A DNA stretch of 64,000 bases from Rhodothermales bacterium (GTDB lineage Bacteria; Bacteroidota; Rhodothermia; Rhodothermales; VXPQ01): the NCBI GenBank assembly GCA_965232485.1, contig OZ246975.1, positions 1,624,663 through 1,688,662 of the forward strand. Direction: 5' to 3'. The notes beneath the pieces were generated by a model. That model was not told where the DNA came from and made no database searches. It saw nothing but the letters and a program-made list of their open reading frames with translations. This document shows, one piece after another, positions 48,482-59,403 of the stretch; the first letter of the stretch is position 1; each line of letters begins with the position of its first letter. The position numbers and the translations under genes were made by a program.

Positions 48482-50809
48482 ATGTCCGATTCGAGATATT
48501 CCAAAGAAGAACTGGACCGCTATTTCAGCAACCCTGCTGCGCGGCGGAGCAACGCCGCCCGGCCTCCCTCCGGCGAAAAACGAGGATATTTGCGCCGCTT
48601 TTTTCGCAACGAAGATCAGGCGCAGGCGGCGTTTTTGCTTTCCCTGATCGGGGGCGGCTTTATGGCCTTCGCCTTTTTCCTCGGGGGATGGGCGTTGCTA
48701 TTGTCGTACGAATTGCCGGATTTTGCGCAATTGGACAATCCTGATTTGCAACTGGCCACGGTTGCCTATACGACCGACGGCAAGGAACTTGCGCGCTATG
48801 CCTTCCAGAATCGCTCCTGGACCAGTTACGACAATATTTCGCCCCATGCCGTCAACGCGCTCGTCGCCACGGAGGATCGGCGATTTCATAGTCACTGGGG
48901 CATCGATCCGCGCGGCATGATTTCTGCCGCCGTGGACGTAATTCGCAAAGGCGAATTGCGCGGCGCCTCGACGATCACGCAGCAATTGGCGCGCAACCTG
49001 TACAATCAGGATATCGGGTTTGAGGTATCCATTTCCCGCAAGCTCAAGGAGATGATTACGGCGGTGCAACTGGAGCGCCGCTACACCAAGAGGGAAATCA
49101 TCGAAATGTATCTCAACACGGTGCCTTTCAGCAACAATGCCTTCGGGATCGAGGCGGCCTCGCGCACCTATTTCAATAAAACGGCGGCGGAGCTCTCTGC
49201 GCTCGAGGGGGCCACGTTGATCGGAATGCTGAAAGCGAATACGTATTACAATCCCTATCGCAATCCCGAAAATGCGCGACGCAGACGGAACGTGGTGCTG
49301 AGCCAGATGGCGAACCAGGGATTTATCTCGCAAGCATTTTATGACGAACGCCAGGCTGATTCGGTTCGCACCGACTACAACCCGTCTTCGGAAGTAACCG
49401 CTGCCCTGGCGCCCTACTTCGCCGAGCAAGTCCGGCTGTGGATGCGAGAATGGGCCGCGGAAAACGGGCATAATTTTTACCGGGACGGTTTGCGCGTACA
49501 CACGCCGCTGGACTCGCGCATGCAGGAAATCGCACAACGGTCCGTGGACGAAAACATGGAGGGCCTTCAGGCCGTCGTGGATTACGAATGGAGCTACGGA
49601 GGCAGGCTCTGGTACACGCTCGAACCGTATCTGGAGCAAACCGACTACGAACCCTGGGTCCGGTACTGGCGCAACAATCCCGCAACGCTCCGGTCCTTCG
49701 TTCGCGGTACGGAACGCTACCGCTCGCTTCGACGCCAGAGCGATGTATCGCCAGAGGACGCCGTAGCCCAGCTCCTTGAGAATACCGCGTTTATGGATTC
49801 GCTCAAAACGACCAAGACGCGGCTTCAGGCAGGGCTCGTATCCATCAATCCCCATAACGGATACGTCAAGGCCTGGGTGGGCGGACGCAACCTCAAGACT
49901 GAGTGGTACGACCATGTCAACAAGGCGGCGAGACAGCCCGGCTCGACCTTCAAGCCGTTCGTCTACACGGCGGCGATCGACAATGGCTGGCCTCCCTGGC
50001 ATCAACTTCCGGATAGCGCGTTTTCCTATGTGGACCCGGTCACCCGGGTGCGATGGAGTCCGCAAAATGCGGACAATCAGGCGTCGGGGAGCATGATGAG
50101 CCTGGCCGAAGGGTTGGCCCAGTCGAAAAACACCATTACGGCCCGCGTGATCACCGAGCTCGTGAATCCGGAGGAGGTTGCGAAGTATGCGCAGCGGATG
50201 GGCATACGAAGCGAACTGGATGCGGTCCCTGCGCTGGCGCTCGGCACCAGCGACATTACCTTGCTCGAACTGGCTACGGCGTTCGGTACGCTGGCGAGCG
50301 GCGGATTGCATCGCGAGCCTGTCCTGGTGACGCGCATTGAGGATCGCTATGGAAATATATTGTATGAGCACGTCGACTCGCCAAGGGAAGCGCTCTCCCT
50401 GCAGACCGCGTACACCGTCGTGAATATGATGCGCCGCGTAATCACCGACGGGACGGGGCGGCGCATCCGGGAGCAATACGGACTGTACGAGTACGACCTG
50501 GCGGGCAAGACGGGAACCACGCAGAACCATGCGGACGGCTGGTTCGGGATGATGCATCCCGACCTGGTGACCGGCGCATGGGTAGGCTTCAACGACCGGC
50601 GCGTAGCCTTCCGCTCGTTCTTTTGGGGACAGGGCGCGCACAATGCGCTGTTTCTGGTGGGAGACTATTTCCGGGGCCTCGTCGACTCCGAAGAGGTCGA
50701 GATCAGCAAAGACCCGTTCCCCCGTCCGGAAGAATCGGGCTGGACGTACGACATGCCCGGCGAGAGGGAAAGGGAAGTAAACGCCGGAGAGCGCAGCGTC
50801 GATTGGTAG
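48482..50809 (+). CDS. bifunctional penicillin-binding protein 1A family
   Basis: EDRRF, GASTITQQLARN, RKLKE, QPGSTFKP, SKN, GKTGT. Confidence 0.95.
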   Translation: MSDSRYSKEELDRYFSNPAARRSNAARPPSGEKRGYLRRFFRNEDQAQAAFLLSLIGGGFMAFAFFLGGWALLLSYELPDFAQLDNPDLQLATVAYTTDGKELARYAFQNRSWTSYDNISPHAVNALVATEDRRFHSHWGIDPRGMISAAVDVIRKGELRGASTITQQLARNLYNQDIGFEVSISRKLKEMITAVQLERRYTKREIIEMYLNTVPFSNNAFGIEAASRTYFNKTAAELSALEGATLIGMLKANTYYNPYRNPENARRRRNVVLSQMANQGFISQAFYDERQADSVRTDYNPSSEVTAALAPYFAEQVRLWMREWAAENGHNFYRDGLRVHTPLDSRMQEIAQRSVDENMEGLQAVVDYEWSYGGRLWYTLEPYLEQTDYEPWVRYWRNNPATLRSFVRGTERYRSLRRQSDVSPEDAVAQLLENTAFMDSLKTTKTRLQAGLVSINPHNGYVKAWVGGRNLKTEWYDHVNKAARQPGSTFKPFVYTAAIDNGWPPWHQLPDSAFSYVDPVTRVRWSPQNADNQASGSMMSLAEGLAQSKNTITARVITELVNPEEVAKYAQRMGIRSELDAVPALALGTSDITLLELATAFGTLASGGLHREPVLVTRIEDRYGNILYEHVDSPREALSLQTAYTVVNMMRRVITDGTGRRIREQYGLYEYDLAGKTGTTQNHADGWFGMMHPDLVTGAWVGFNDRRVAFRSFFWGQGAHNALFLVGDYFRGLVDSEEVEISKDPFPRPEESGWTYDMPGEREREVNAGERSVDW

Positions 50810-50897
50810 CGGCGGAAAAAGGCCGCTGACGGCGGTTCGCTCGCCGCGTCTTGCAACGCAGGCGGCGGGGCCTCGAACGAGATGCTTTCGGAAAAGG

Positions 50898-51803
50898 CTA
50901 TTCGCCGCCCGCTCGTCCCCGCCAGGTTCGACAACCGGATCGGCGGAGGCGCTGCTCTGCTTCGGCGGCTTGCGTTTCATCCTCGAACGCGCCGTAAACC
51001 GCCGCGCCCGAACCGGACAGGGACGCATACGCGGCGCCTGCTTCTTCCAGGGCTGCCTTCGCCGCCGCGATTCGAGGATACCGGGGCAATATGACGCGCT
51101 CGAAATCGTTCGTCAATTCCGCGCGCCAGCGATCAGGATCCGCAGACAGCAACGCCTCGCACACATCCGGACGATTTCGATCGTTCGGCTGCACCAGCGC
51201 ATACGCTTCGGCGGTCGAAACCTGCACGGGCGGCGCCGCCGCCACAAGGATATACGGAAAAACGTACGGGGCGCCGTGTTCTACAAGCGGCTTCAGCGCA
51301 TCGCCGCGCCCTGCGCCAAACGCCGCTGCGTCGCCCGCCGCGAAGAACGCCGCATCCGCGCCGACGCGGGCCGCCATGCGGATCAGTTCCTCCCGGGAAC
51401 GGGCCAATCCCCACAATTCGTTGAGCAAATGCAGGGCCGTTGCGGCGTCGCTTGAGCCGCCTCCCAGGCCCGCGCCCACGGGAATGCGTTTGCGCAGCTC
51501 GACAACCGCCCCCTTGTCCGGGTCAAGACAACGGGCGGCGCGCCAGACCAGATTGTCGGGGCCCGACGGAACCTGAAGCACAAGACTGGCGGGCGGCGCG
51601 TCTTCCGCCGGAAGCACATGCAGCGGCCCGGAAAAAGGCGTTGCTTCGACTCCCGGATGACGGGCAGGCGGCTGAACAGACACTTCGTCGGCCCAACCGA
51701 TCCGTAAGAAAACGGTTTCGACGTCGTGATAGCCGTCTCGGCGTTTGCGAAGCACCTGCAAACCAAGATTGATCTTGGCGGGGGCGGACTTGCGAAGCGT
51801 CAT
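50898..51803 (-). CDS. ispE: 4-diphosphocytidyl-2C-methyl-D-erythritol kinase
   Basis: APAKINLGL, DGYH, NLV, KRIPVGAGLGGGSSDAA, NDFE, LSGSG. Confidence 0.95.
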   Translation of the reverse strand: MTLRKSAPAKINLGLQVLRKRRDGYHDVETVFLRIGWADEVSVQPPARHPGVEATPFSGPLHVLPAEDAPPASLVLQVPSGPDNLVWRAARCLDPDKGAVVELRKRIPVGAGLGGGSSDAATALHLLNELWGLARSREELIRMAARVGADAAFFAAGDAAAFGAGRGDALKPLVEHGAPYVFPYILVAAAPPVQVSTAEAYALVQPNDRNRPDVCEALLSADPDRWRAELTNDFERVILPRYPRIAAAKAALEEAGAAYASLSGSGAAVYGAFEDETQAAEAEQRLRRSGCRTWRGRAGGE

Positions 51804-52122
51804 GGCGCAGGAAAGGCGAATCGCATTTGCGCGAAATGTGCGGTTTGCAGGGCGCAATGGAGCGCGGGCAAAAACAGACGGTTATGCGGGTTCCGGGGAA
51901 CCGGGCCCCGCCGCGTCGGTTGCAGTATTTTTGCAACGCCCCTTGAAACACCCGCAAAAAAGAAGTATTTTACCAAGATACGCATTTGTATATTTTCCGC
52001 CGTCGCCCTTCCACCCGTTTCGGTCGAGCCTGCCCGCATATCGTTACAAAATTCTCTTGTGCTTCCATAATCCGAATGCTCCGAGGGCGCGGCCCGCGCT
52101 TTTCGGTATCCCGGCGTCCGGC

Positions 52123-53904
52123 ATGACAGGCCGAATCTTGTTTTTTTCGTTGCACAGGCGCCGCTCCATATGGAGCGTTTCTGCGTGGACGCTCTTCGTG
52201 CTGTGCCTGCTTGCGCCCAAGGCGGCGCATGCCCAATTCGATTCGCCGTTGGACAACGCAGTATCTCCGGCGACCACCGGCCCGGAAACGAACCCGCTCC
52301 AGGACCAGCTGACCCGCTTCCAGGGTGCGGAAGGCATGATTCCTCTGGAGGGAACAGTTGATGCAGACCAGTATATCGTGGGGCCGGGGGACATCTTCGA
52401 ACTATCCATAGGCGGCCCGCAACCCCTCATGGCCCCGACCGCCGTGTCCGCGGACGGCTATCTGATCTTGCCGGAAGCCGGCGCCGTGCAGGTGGGCGGA
52501 CATTCCCTGCGCGAAGCGCGCAACCGGGCGAAAGAGGCGCTTCAGGGGTCTTTCCGGAATGTGCGCGTGGAAATTGCGCTGTCGCAACCGAGACAATTCT
52601 ATGTGCATGTTTCGGGGGCCGTACCGTTTCCGGGACGTTATCTGGCTACGCCCGTGGGGCGCGTGGCGGGCGTATTGAGCCTGGCGTATGCGGATACGAC
52701 CCGGGCGCCGACCGGAAATATGCGGTTTCGTCCCGCCTTGCGAAATGTCCTGCTGATCCATACGGACGGAACGCAGGAAACGGTGGACCTGCTGCGCTAC
52801 CACGCAACCGGCAACACGGAGCATAACCCCTATCTGCGGGACGGGGACGTCGTGTCCGTGCCTGCGTTCGACCCCGATTACGGCTCCGTCTTCATATCGG
52901 GAAATGTGGCCTTTCCGGGTATCTACGACCACCGGCCCGACGATACGCTTTCCGATCTCCTTGCACTGGCTACCGGGCAGGAAGGGCCCGGTTATGCGCA
53001 ACAGGTTCGTCTCGCCCGCGTACTCGACGACGGCTCCGCGGAAGCCGAAATATATGATGTGGCCGCGCTGTACGGCGGCGAGGACGTACCGGTACGGGCG
53101 AGAGACCAGGTGCATGTGCTGGCCGAAGACATGGAGCGCGGCGTCGCCGAAATCGACGGATGGGTGCAATACCCCGGGGCGTATCCCATCCTGCCCGGCG
53201 AAACGACGCTGAAAGACCTGATGGCGCTGGCGGGAGGCATGCGGTCGGGGGCGCTGGCGCGGGCGACGCACCTGAGGCGATCTCCGCTGCCCCTGCCGGA
53301 ACCGGATTACGAAATCAGGTTCGGCGCGCTGGCCGACCTGCCCGACCCGGTTCCAGCGGATACGCTGGCGCTCTTGCAGTCCACCCGGCTGGCGGACATG
53401 GACTTCTTCGGAAACGCCTATCTGAGGCATGACCTGCGGATGCAAAGCAGCGTCCCGATCGATTTGACTGTAGCGCTCGGCGAAGAGGCCGATCCGGTTC
53501 TTCTGCAGGATGGCGACAAGGTGTACGTGCCGCGCGACAACAACGAGGTTTTCGTCTTCGGACAAGTGAATCGACCGGGATATGTCCCGCACCGGCCCGG
53601 CATGTCGCCGGAGGAATATGTGCGCGCGGCAAGCGGGCTGGGAGAAAACGCCGGAAGTTCCTATGTCATCAAGGCCGGGACCAATCGCTTTCTGGCGGCT
53701 TCCGAAGCAATCGTCGAATCGGGAGACCGCATCTTCGTGAACCGGGAAACCATGTTTGCGGACACGGAAGAACTGCAACGTCTCCTGACCGACGGCCAGC
53801 GATACGAATTGGAAAAACGATCGCAAACCTTCCAGACCATCCTGACGACGGTCGGGACCATCACGGGATTCATCACCACGTACCTGTTGATCCAGAAACA
53901 ATGA
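52123..53904 (+). CDS. polysaccharide export protein with SLBB domains (Wza/KpsD-like)
   Basis: YIVGPGD, repeated VxGxVxxPG.Y SLBB motifs, LxDGD.V.VP. Confidence 0.85.
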   Translation: MTGRILFFSLHRRRSIWSVSAWTLFVLCLLAPKAAHAQFDSPLDNAVSPATTGPETNPLQDQLTRFQGAEGMIPLEGTVDADQYIVGPGDIFELSIGGPQPLMAPTAVSADGYLILPEAGAVQVGGHSLREARNRAKEALQGSFRNVRVEIALSQPRQFYVHVSGAVPFPGRYLATPVGRVAGVLSLAYADTTRAPTGNMRFRPALRNVLLIHTDGTQETVDLLRYHATGNTEHNPYLRDGDVVSVPAFDPDYGSVFISGNVAFPGIYDHRPDDTLSDLLALATGQEGPGYAQQVRLARVLDDGSAEAEIYDVAALYGGEDVPVRARDQVHVLAEDMERGVAEIDGWVQYPGAYPILPGETTLKDLMALAGGMRSGALARATHLRRSPLPLPEPDYEIRFGALADLPDPVPADTLALLQSTRLADMDFFGNAYLRHDLRMQSSVPIDLTVALGEEADPVLLQDGDKVYVPRDNNEVFVFGQVNRPGYVPHRPGMSPEEYVRAASGLGENAGSSYVIKAGTNRFLAASEAIVESGDRIFVNRETMFADTEELQRLLTDGQRYELEKRSQTFQTILTTVGTITGFITTYLLIQKQ

Positions 53905-55145
53905 GTCCTGAATCCACACATCGTTCGCCGAACGAGGAGGGCGCCGCCGGATACGACGAAGAGGCGCGCCGCGAGCGCGCGGAGGATACGCTCTGGACCG
54001 TGCTGGGTACGTTGTACCGGAGAAGGAGGGTGGTGGTTGGGGTACCGTTTTGCATGGCCGTGATTACGGCGATTATCACCCTGTTTATTACAAATTATTA
54101 CCGGGCTTCTTCCACCGTACTGCTACCCGAAGGAGGCAGCTCGGCAAGTGCGCTTCTTAGCAACCTTTCGGGGGGCGTATCCTCATTGCTTGGCGGAGCG
54201 TCGGGAGATTACATCCGATACAGAGGTATTATTCATAGTCGATCCGCCTTGTCGGCGGCCGTCGATTCATTCGACCTTATACAAGTGTACCGATTGGAAG
54301 ACGAAAATTTTCCTCGAGAAGAAACAATTAAATTATTATCGGAAAACCTGCAAACCATTCTCGACCAGGAATTCGAATACCTGAAGGTATCCGTGGCGGA
54401 CCACGATCCCGAACGCGCCGCCGCGCTGGCAAATTTCTTCGTCCGGTATCTCAACAATACAAATGCCCTCCTCGCCTCTCAAAATGCCGGCAATTATCGG
54501 AGATACATAGAAGATCGCGTCACGGAAGCCTACGATACGATGGCATCGATTCTCGATACGAATGAAAAATTTCAACGAAATCATGGCGTGTATGATCTGC
54601 CTGTCCAGATTGAAAGTTTCTTTGCTCAAATTGCAGCCTTGCGGGCAAGCGCCGTGGAGACAGAAATTCAATATGAAGTACTTCAGACAGAATACGGGCA
54701 AGATAATATGCAAGTGCGAGCACTCCGCAATGCCGCCGAATTTGCCAATAAAAAATATGTGGATGCATTGGAGGGAAAAGAAAACCTTCTCCCGATACCG
54801 CAAAGCGAAGCTCCCGATGTAGTACGGCAGTATATGGACATAGAAATGAATCGCGTGATTCAGCAGACGATTCTGGAAGTGCTGGCGCCCATGTACGAAC
54901 AGGCCAAACTTCAGGAAGAACAGGATTCCTATGCGGTGCAAGTTCTGGATCGGGCAGTTCCTCCTGTAGAAAAAGCGGGGCCCAAGCGAACGATTATCGT
55001 ATTTGCCAGTGGCCTGTCCTCGCTTATACTGACAATATTATACGTCCTCGGACTCTCATGGTGGCGCAATAATGCAACCCGCATTGCCTGGGGCATTGAG
55101 CACGCCAGAAATCCTGATCAAAGAGACTCGATTGCGGGATCATGA
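53901..55145 (+). CDS. polysaccharide chain-length determinant / co-polymerase (Wzz/Wzc-N type)
   Basis: N- and C-terminal TM helices, DPERAAALAN, VQVLDRAVPP.K..PKR. Confidence 0.85.
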   Translation: MSPESTHRSPNEEGAAGYDEEARRERAEDTLWTVLGTLYRRRRVVVGVPFCMAVITAIITLFITNYYRASSTVLLPEGGSSASALLSNLSGGVSSLLGGASGDYIRYRGIIHSRSALSAAVDSFDLIQVYRLEDENFPREETIKLLSENLQTILDQEFEYLKVSVADHDPERAAALANFFVRYLNNTNALLASQNAGNYRRYIEDRVTEAYDTMASILDTNEKFQRNHGVYDLPVQIESFFAQIAALRASAVETEIQYEVLQTEYGQDNMQVRALRNAAEFANKKYVDALEGKENLLPIPQSEAPDVVRQYMDIEMNRVIQQTILEVLAPMYEQAKLQEEQDSYAVQVLDRAVPPVEKAGPKRTIIVFASGLSSLILTILYVLGLSWWRNNATRIAWGIEHARNPDQRDSIAGS

Positions 55146-56581
55146 GATGGCTTCCGTCAATCTGGTACCACCCCTCGCCAAAGGCGATGCGGTCAAGCGG
55201 AGTCACTATACTCCACATCGGATTTGGATGTACCCTGTTATTGACATTACTAATTGCACGATTCTTCGATCCGTTCGCCACTTTAACAATACCGATTCTG
55301 TTTTTAGGAGGACTTGTTTTCCTCTATCTATTCAAGCGTCCGCTTATTAATCTTGCTGTCGTACTTAGCCTGTTTGTACTAATTTCAGGTTATGAAGAAG
55401 GAATTCAACTTATCGAAGTTGTTTATGGCCTTTACTATTTATCTTTTTTAGGTCATTGGTTCATTACCAGGATGATGATATTTAAAGATTCGTTTCTTAC
55501 AACCCCGGAAGATAAGGTTTTTCTTGTTTTTCTGGCTATAGTAACGCTTTATATCCCGCTTACTTTCCTGTTTCATGGCGATCCTCGATCCTTGCTCAGT
55601 GAATGGACTTCTTTGATGCTGCTCGGTTTTTATTTTCCAATCAAAGAAGCATGTGTGCGATATAAAAACGGGATCAAGGTTGTGGCAAGCGTATTATTGT
55701 GGATTGGGCTTTTCGCCGCCGTGCGGAATATGATCCTGTATAGACAATCTCTGCTGGACGCAGAATTAGCCTATCAAATAGCAAAAGGTCGTATCCATTT
55801 TAACGACAATATTTTAATGGCTTGCTCCATTATTTCATTGGCCCTCCTCACGTATCACAAAAAGATTCGACAAATCATACCATCTACAGTGCTTTTTATC
55901 TTCTTGTTATCCGGCTTGATTCTTACGCTCAGCAGGGCTTTCTGGATAGCCTTTCTCTTTGGCGCAGGGCTTATGTTTTTTGCCGCAGATGCGCAATACA
56001 AGAGACGCCTATTCGTATTAACGAGTATTGGGGTCGGTTGCTTTTTAGGTGTAATCGTCCTGTTTTTGAATGATTACGTCGATTTAATTTTTCTGGGCTT
56101 GGCGGATCGGTTGCTGTCCATACCGGCAGCAATCACCAGCGATCCTTCCATGATTAATCGTTTTCACGAATCGAAAGCGGTCCTGAATCGAATCCTTCAG
56201 AATCCAATACTCGGCTATGGCATGGGAGTGCCATATCTCTTTTATGACATCGTTCATGTAGGTACGGATCAGGATCCGTTTGTACACAATGCCTATATTG
56301 GATTGTGGTACAAGTTTGGTATCCTGGGCCTTGCGTCAGTGTTGTATATATGGGGGAAGACTGTGTGGCGAGGGGTTCGTACGTTACGAATCGATGCGGC
56401 GCCCTTCACCAAAATTGTTACCTTTTCTTCTGCAATGGCCCTGATCGCCTTTGCCGTGGGGGCCATGACGTCAAACCCCTTTTTCCTGATGGATGGCACG
56501 CTGCTTTTCGGCATGTTGACCGGACTTGTCTCGGGAGGATATCGTCGTAGCCTTCTTGAGGCGGAAGCAGAACGCTCCTGA
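55142..56581 (+). CDS. O-antigen ligase / Wzy-like polymerase
   Basis: Multi-TM; LTLSRAFW, NPILGYGMG, HNAYIGLWYKFGILG. Confidence 0.85.
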   Translation: MRWLPSIWYHPSPKAMRSSGVTILHIGFGCTLLLTLLIARFFDPFATLTIPILFLGGLVFLYLFKRPLINLAVVLSLFVLISGYEEGIQLIEVVYGLYYLSFLGHWFITRMMIFKDSFLTTPEDKVFLVFLAIVTLYIPLTFLFHGDPRSLLSEWTSLMLLGFYFPIKEACVRYKNGIKVVASVLLWIGLFAAVRNMILYRQSLLDAELAYQIAKGRIHFNDNILMACSIISLALLTYHKKIRQIIPSTVLFIFLLSGLILTLSRAFWIAFLFGAGLMFFAADAQYKRRLFVLTSIGVGCFLGVIVLFLNDYVDLIFLGLADRLLSIPAAITSDPSMINRFHESKAVLNRILQNPILGYGMGVPYLFYDIVHVGTDQDPFVHNAYIGLWYKFGILGLASVLYIWGKTVWRGVRTLRIDAAPFTKIVTFSSAMALIAFAVGAMTSNPFFLMDGTLLFGMLTGLVSGGYRRSLLEAEAERS

Positions 56582-56607
56582 CGCAGCATTCTGGAAATGG
56601 AAGGGCC

Positions 56608-58119
56608 ATGAGCGAAAAAAGACGCATTTTTCTGAATGTGTTCATGTCCTTCGGGCAAGTAATCGTCAGCGGCGTAGCGTTTCTCTTCTTGTATCGTTAC
56701 CTGCTGGATTCGATAGGCAGTGAGCTGGCGGGCGTATGGGCGCTTCTGCTTGCCTGGACCACTTCGCTCAGCGTTTCAAATTTCGGCATGAGCGGCGGGG
56801 CCCTGAAATTCGTTTCGAGATATCGTGCGCACGACGACGAAAAAACCGTAGTACGGGTTGTAGAAACATCCATCCTATCCTGTGTAATCGCTCTCGTTGT
56901 CGCACTGCCAATTGCTTGGCCTGTCTTTAAAAAATTGATATATCTGATCGTAGAACCTACGGAGTATATTGACGAGGCGCTCATGGTGCTGCCCTATGCC
57001 ATGATTACATTCGCATTCACTTCATTAAGTATGATCATAAATGCCTGCATTGATGGTACTCAGCGTGTCTATTTGCGTAATATCCTGATCATGATATCTG
57101 CATTATTATATCTTGGTTTGACGATTTTTCTGGTGCCTCGTATGGGTTTTGTGGGTTTGGCGCAAGCACAAATAATACAAACAAGCATTACTTTGATTAT
57201 TGGATGGGTCATGTTACGCGCTGTCATTCCAGCCCTTCCTATCGTACCCTTTAGATGGCATAAAAAAACCTTCAAGGAAATATTCGCCTATTCATTCAAT
57301 TTTCAGGTGATTTCGATAACCCAATTGCTATTTCAGCCCGTTACCAAATCATTGCTCTCTGTCTTTGGGGGCGTAGGACAGGTTTATTATTTCGAAATGG
57401 CCCATAAGTTGGTCATGCAGCTTCGCGGCATGATCGTCATAGCACATCAATCCATTGTTCCCGCCATAGCGCACTGGCAGGAAACAAATCGGGCGTACGT
57501 ACAACTTGTGTATCGAAAAGCGTTCCAGGTATTACTTGTTTTCGTCATTGTAAGTTTGCCGCTGCTTATAAGCCTTGCCCCACTCATCTCCCGTTTGTGG
57601 ATCGGGCATTACGAGCCTGCATTCGTGGGCTGCTTTCTTTTTCTTGTGATCGGATGGTTTCTGAATATTCTGTCCAATCCGGCCTACTTCGGATACTTGG
57701 GGATTGGTCGGCTCCGCTGGAATATTCTGGGGCATGTGACGATCAGCGTGATCAGTCTCGGTTTGGGCATTGTGTTCGGGCTATCCTATGGTGGCTCCGG
57801 CGTGGTGTTTGCATACGCGATGGCTATTCCTGTCGGCAGCGGACTCACCTTGTGGGCCTACCATAGAGAATACGATGTCCGGGGGGCAGAACTTATCGGT
57901 GCTTATTCCGTACTTCTTGCCTTGGCCGGAATCGGTGGAGGGCTTGTTATCTTCTTCCTCCATAATCATCTTGCCGATCACCTGCACCCCTGGTTGCTTG
58001 TTTTTTTGTTGTTGCTCTCCTACGTGCTTGTGGTCGCTGTTCCTTTGTGGCGGCACCCCGTTCGAAAAACATTGCAAGGATGGGCTTCGGAACTGAAAAC
58101 AACCACTTTACCATCGTAG
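56608..58119 (+). CDS. Wzx-type polysaccharide flippase
   Basis: About 14 TM helices, MOP-family pattern, within the polysaccharide locus. Confidence 0.85.
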   Translation: MSEKRRIFLNVFMSFGQVIVSGVAFLFLYRYLLDSIGSELAGVWALLLAWTTSLSVSNFGMSGGALKFVSRYRAHDDEKTVVRVVETSILSCVIALVVALPIAWPVFKKLIYLIVEPTEYIDEALMVLPYAMITFAFTSLSMIINACIDGTQRVYLRNILIMISALLYLGLTIFLVPRMGFVGLAQAQIIQTSITLIIGWVMLRAVIPALPIVPFRWHKKTFKEIFAYSFNFQVISITQLLFQPVTKSLLSVFGGVGQVYYFEMAHKLVMQLRGMIVIAHQSIVPAIAHWQETNRAYVQLVYRKAFQVLLVFVIVSLPLLISLAPLISRLWIGHYEPAFVGCFLFLVIGWFLNILSNPAYFGYLGIGRLRWNILGHVTISVISLGLGIVFGLSYGGSGVVFAYAMAIPVGSGLTLWAYHREYDVRGAELIGAYSVLLALAGIGGGLVIFFLHNHLADHLHPWLLVFLLLLSYVLVVAVPLWRHPVRKTLQGWASELKTTTLPS

Positions 58120-58155
58120 CATTCTGTTAACTCATACACATTTTCGGTACGCAAG

Positions 58156-59391
58156 ATGTCGGGGAAACACATTTTGGTCTTCAACCCGTATGCGGGAGGC
58201 CATCATGGGTCGTATGTACGCATGATCGTGGAGAACTGGATTCTGAAAAAGCGCCCCGGAACGCTAAGGCTGGCCCTCCATCCTGATTTTTCCCGGGTTT
58301 TTCCGAATATTGCTGACTATATTCATGCGCATCAGGGCCATGGCGTCTTGTTCTCGCCCTACCCCGAAACAGTCGATTTTGCAAATTCAGGCACGTATGG
58401 CTTTATACGGCGAGATATCATACAGGGAAAAATGGTTAAAAATCTATTGCAAGATTATAAACCGGATCACTGCCTCTTGATGTATTTTGATCATGTGCAG
58501 GCCTCTTTAGCAATAGGCCTTCGATTCAACTTTTCAGTCACGCTATCCGGTATTTATTTCAGACCATCTTTTCATTATACATCCCTTGGATCGCCTCCCT
58601 GTTCCGTAGCAGATCGGGTACGGCGGATACAAAAGCGAATACTTTTGTCCGGCGCCTTGGCCAACCCGCATTTAACCTCTGTATTTTCTCTGGACCCCTA
58701 TGCCGTTCCTTTTATTAATCGTTGGAGAAAGCAGAAGAAGGGGCTTGCCCTCCCGGACGGCGTCACCCCCTACCGATCATCGGTAGTAGATGATCATTTA
58801 CGTCTTGAAATCCCACAAACGGACAACCGCCGTACCGCGTTGTTCTTCGGAGGATTAAACCACCGGAAAGGCCTCACACGCATTCTCGAATCGTTGCTCC
58901 TGCTCCCGGAAACGACGCAAAACCTGATGCGTCTTGTGCTTGCCGGCCCTGTAGAATCCCAGGAACGCAACGATATATATCAAAAGATCGACGACGTGCG
59001 AGCTGCGACGAATGTTGATATCCTCGTGGACGATCGCTATGTTCCAAACGAAACTCTGCAATCTTATATTGACGACGCGGACTTTATTTTGGTTGTCTAT
59101 CAGCAGCATATCGGTTCATCGGGCGTCCTCATACGGGCTGCTGAAGCAGGCATACCGGTACTGGGATCGAATTTTGGCTTGGTTGGAGCGCATATTACCC
59201 GTAACGCATTGGGATTAGCTGTTGACGCCACCTCAACCGAAGCAGTCTCTGAGGGTATAAGGCGGTTTGTCGAAAGCCCGGAGTCTCCGCCGTTCTTCAA
59301 TCCGGAAACGGCGCGGCGGTTTGCGGAATCCAATTCCGCAAACGTCTTTGCAGATACAATCTTTGCTAATCTGGATAGATATCCAGCATAA
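58156..59391 (+). CDS. glycosyltransferase (GT-B, family 4-like)
   Basis: GGHHGSY, FFGGLNHRKG, SSGVLIRAAEAGIPV. Confidence 0.85.
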   Translation: MSGKHILVFNPYAGGHHGSYVRMIVENWILKKRPGTLRLALHPDFSRVFPNIADYIHAHQGHGVLFSPYPETVDFANSGTYGFIRRDIIQGKMVKNLLQDYKPDHCLLMYFDHVQASLAIGLRFNFSVTLSGIYFRPSFHYTSLGSPPCSVADRVRRIQKRILLSGALANPHLTSVFSLDPYAVPFINRWRKQKKGLALPDGVTPYRSSVVDDHLRLEIPQTDNRRTALFFGGLNHRKGLTRILESLLLLPETTQNLMRLVLAGPVESQERNDIYQKIDDVRAATNVDILVDDRYVPNETLQSYIDDADFILVVYQQHIGSSGVLIRAAEAGIPVLGSNFGLVGAHITRNALGLAVDATSTEAVSEGIRRFVESPESPPFFNPETARRFAESNSANVFADTIFANLDRYPA

Positions 59392-59403
59392 AATAATGAG
59401 AAC

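Noticed and set aside
48698-51028. 776-aa antisense ORF, and similar long ones at 12284-13735, 31222-32601, 33786-35219 and 52402-53919
   Set aside because: Shadow ORFs opposite well-supported genes in high-GC DNA, with no recognisable motifs.
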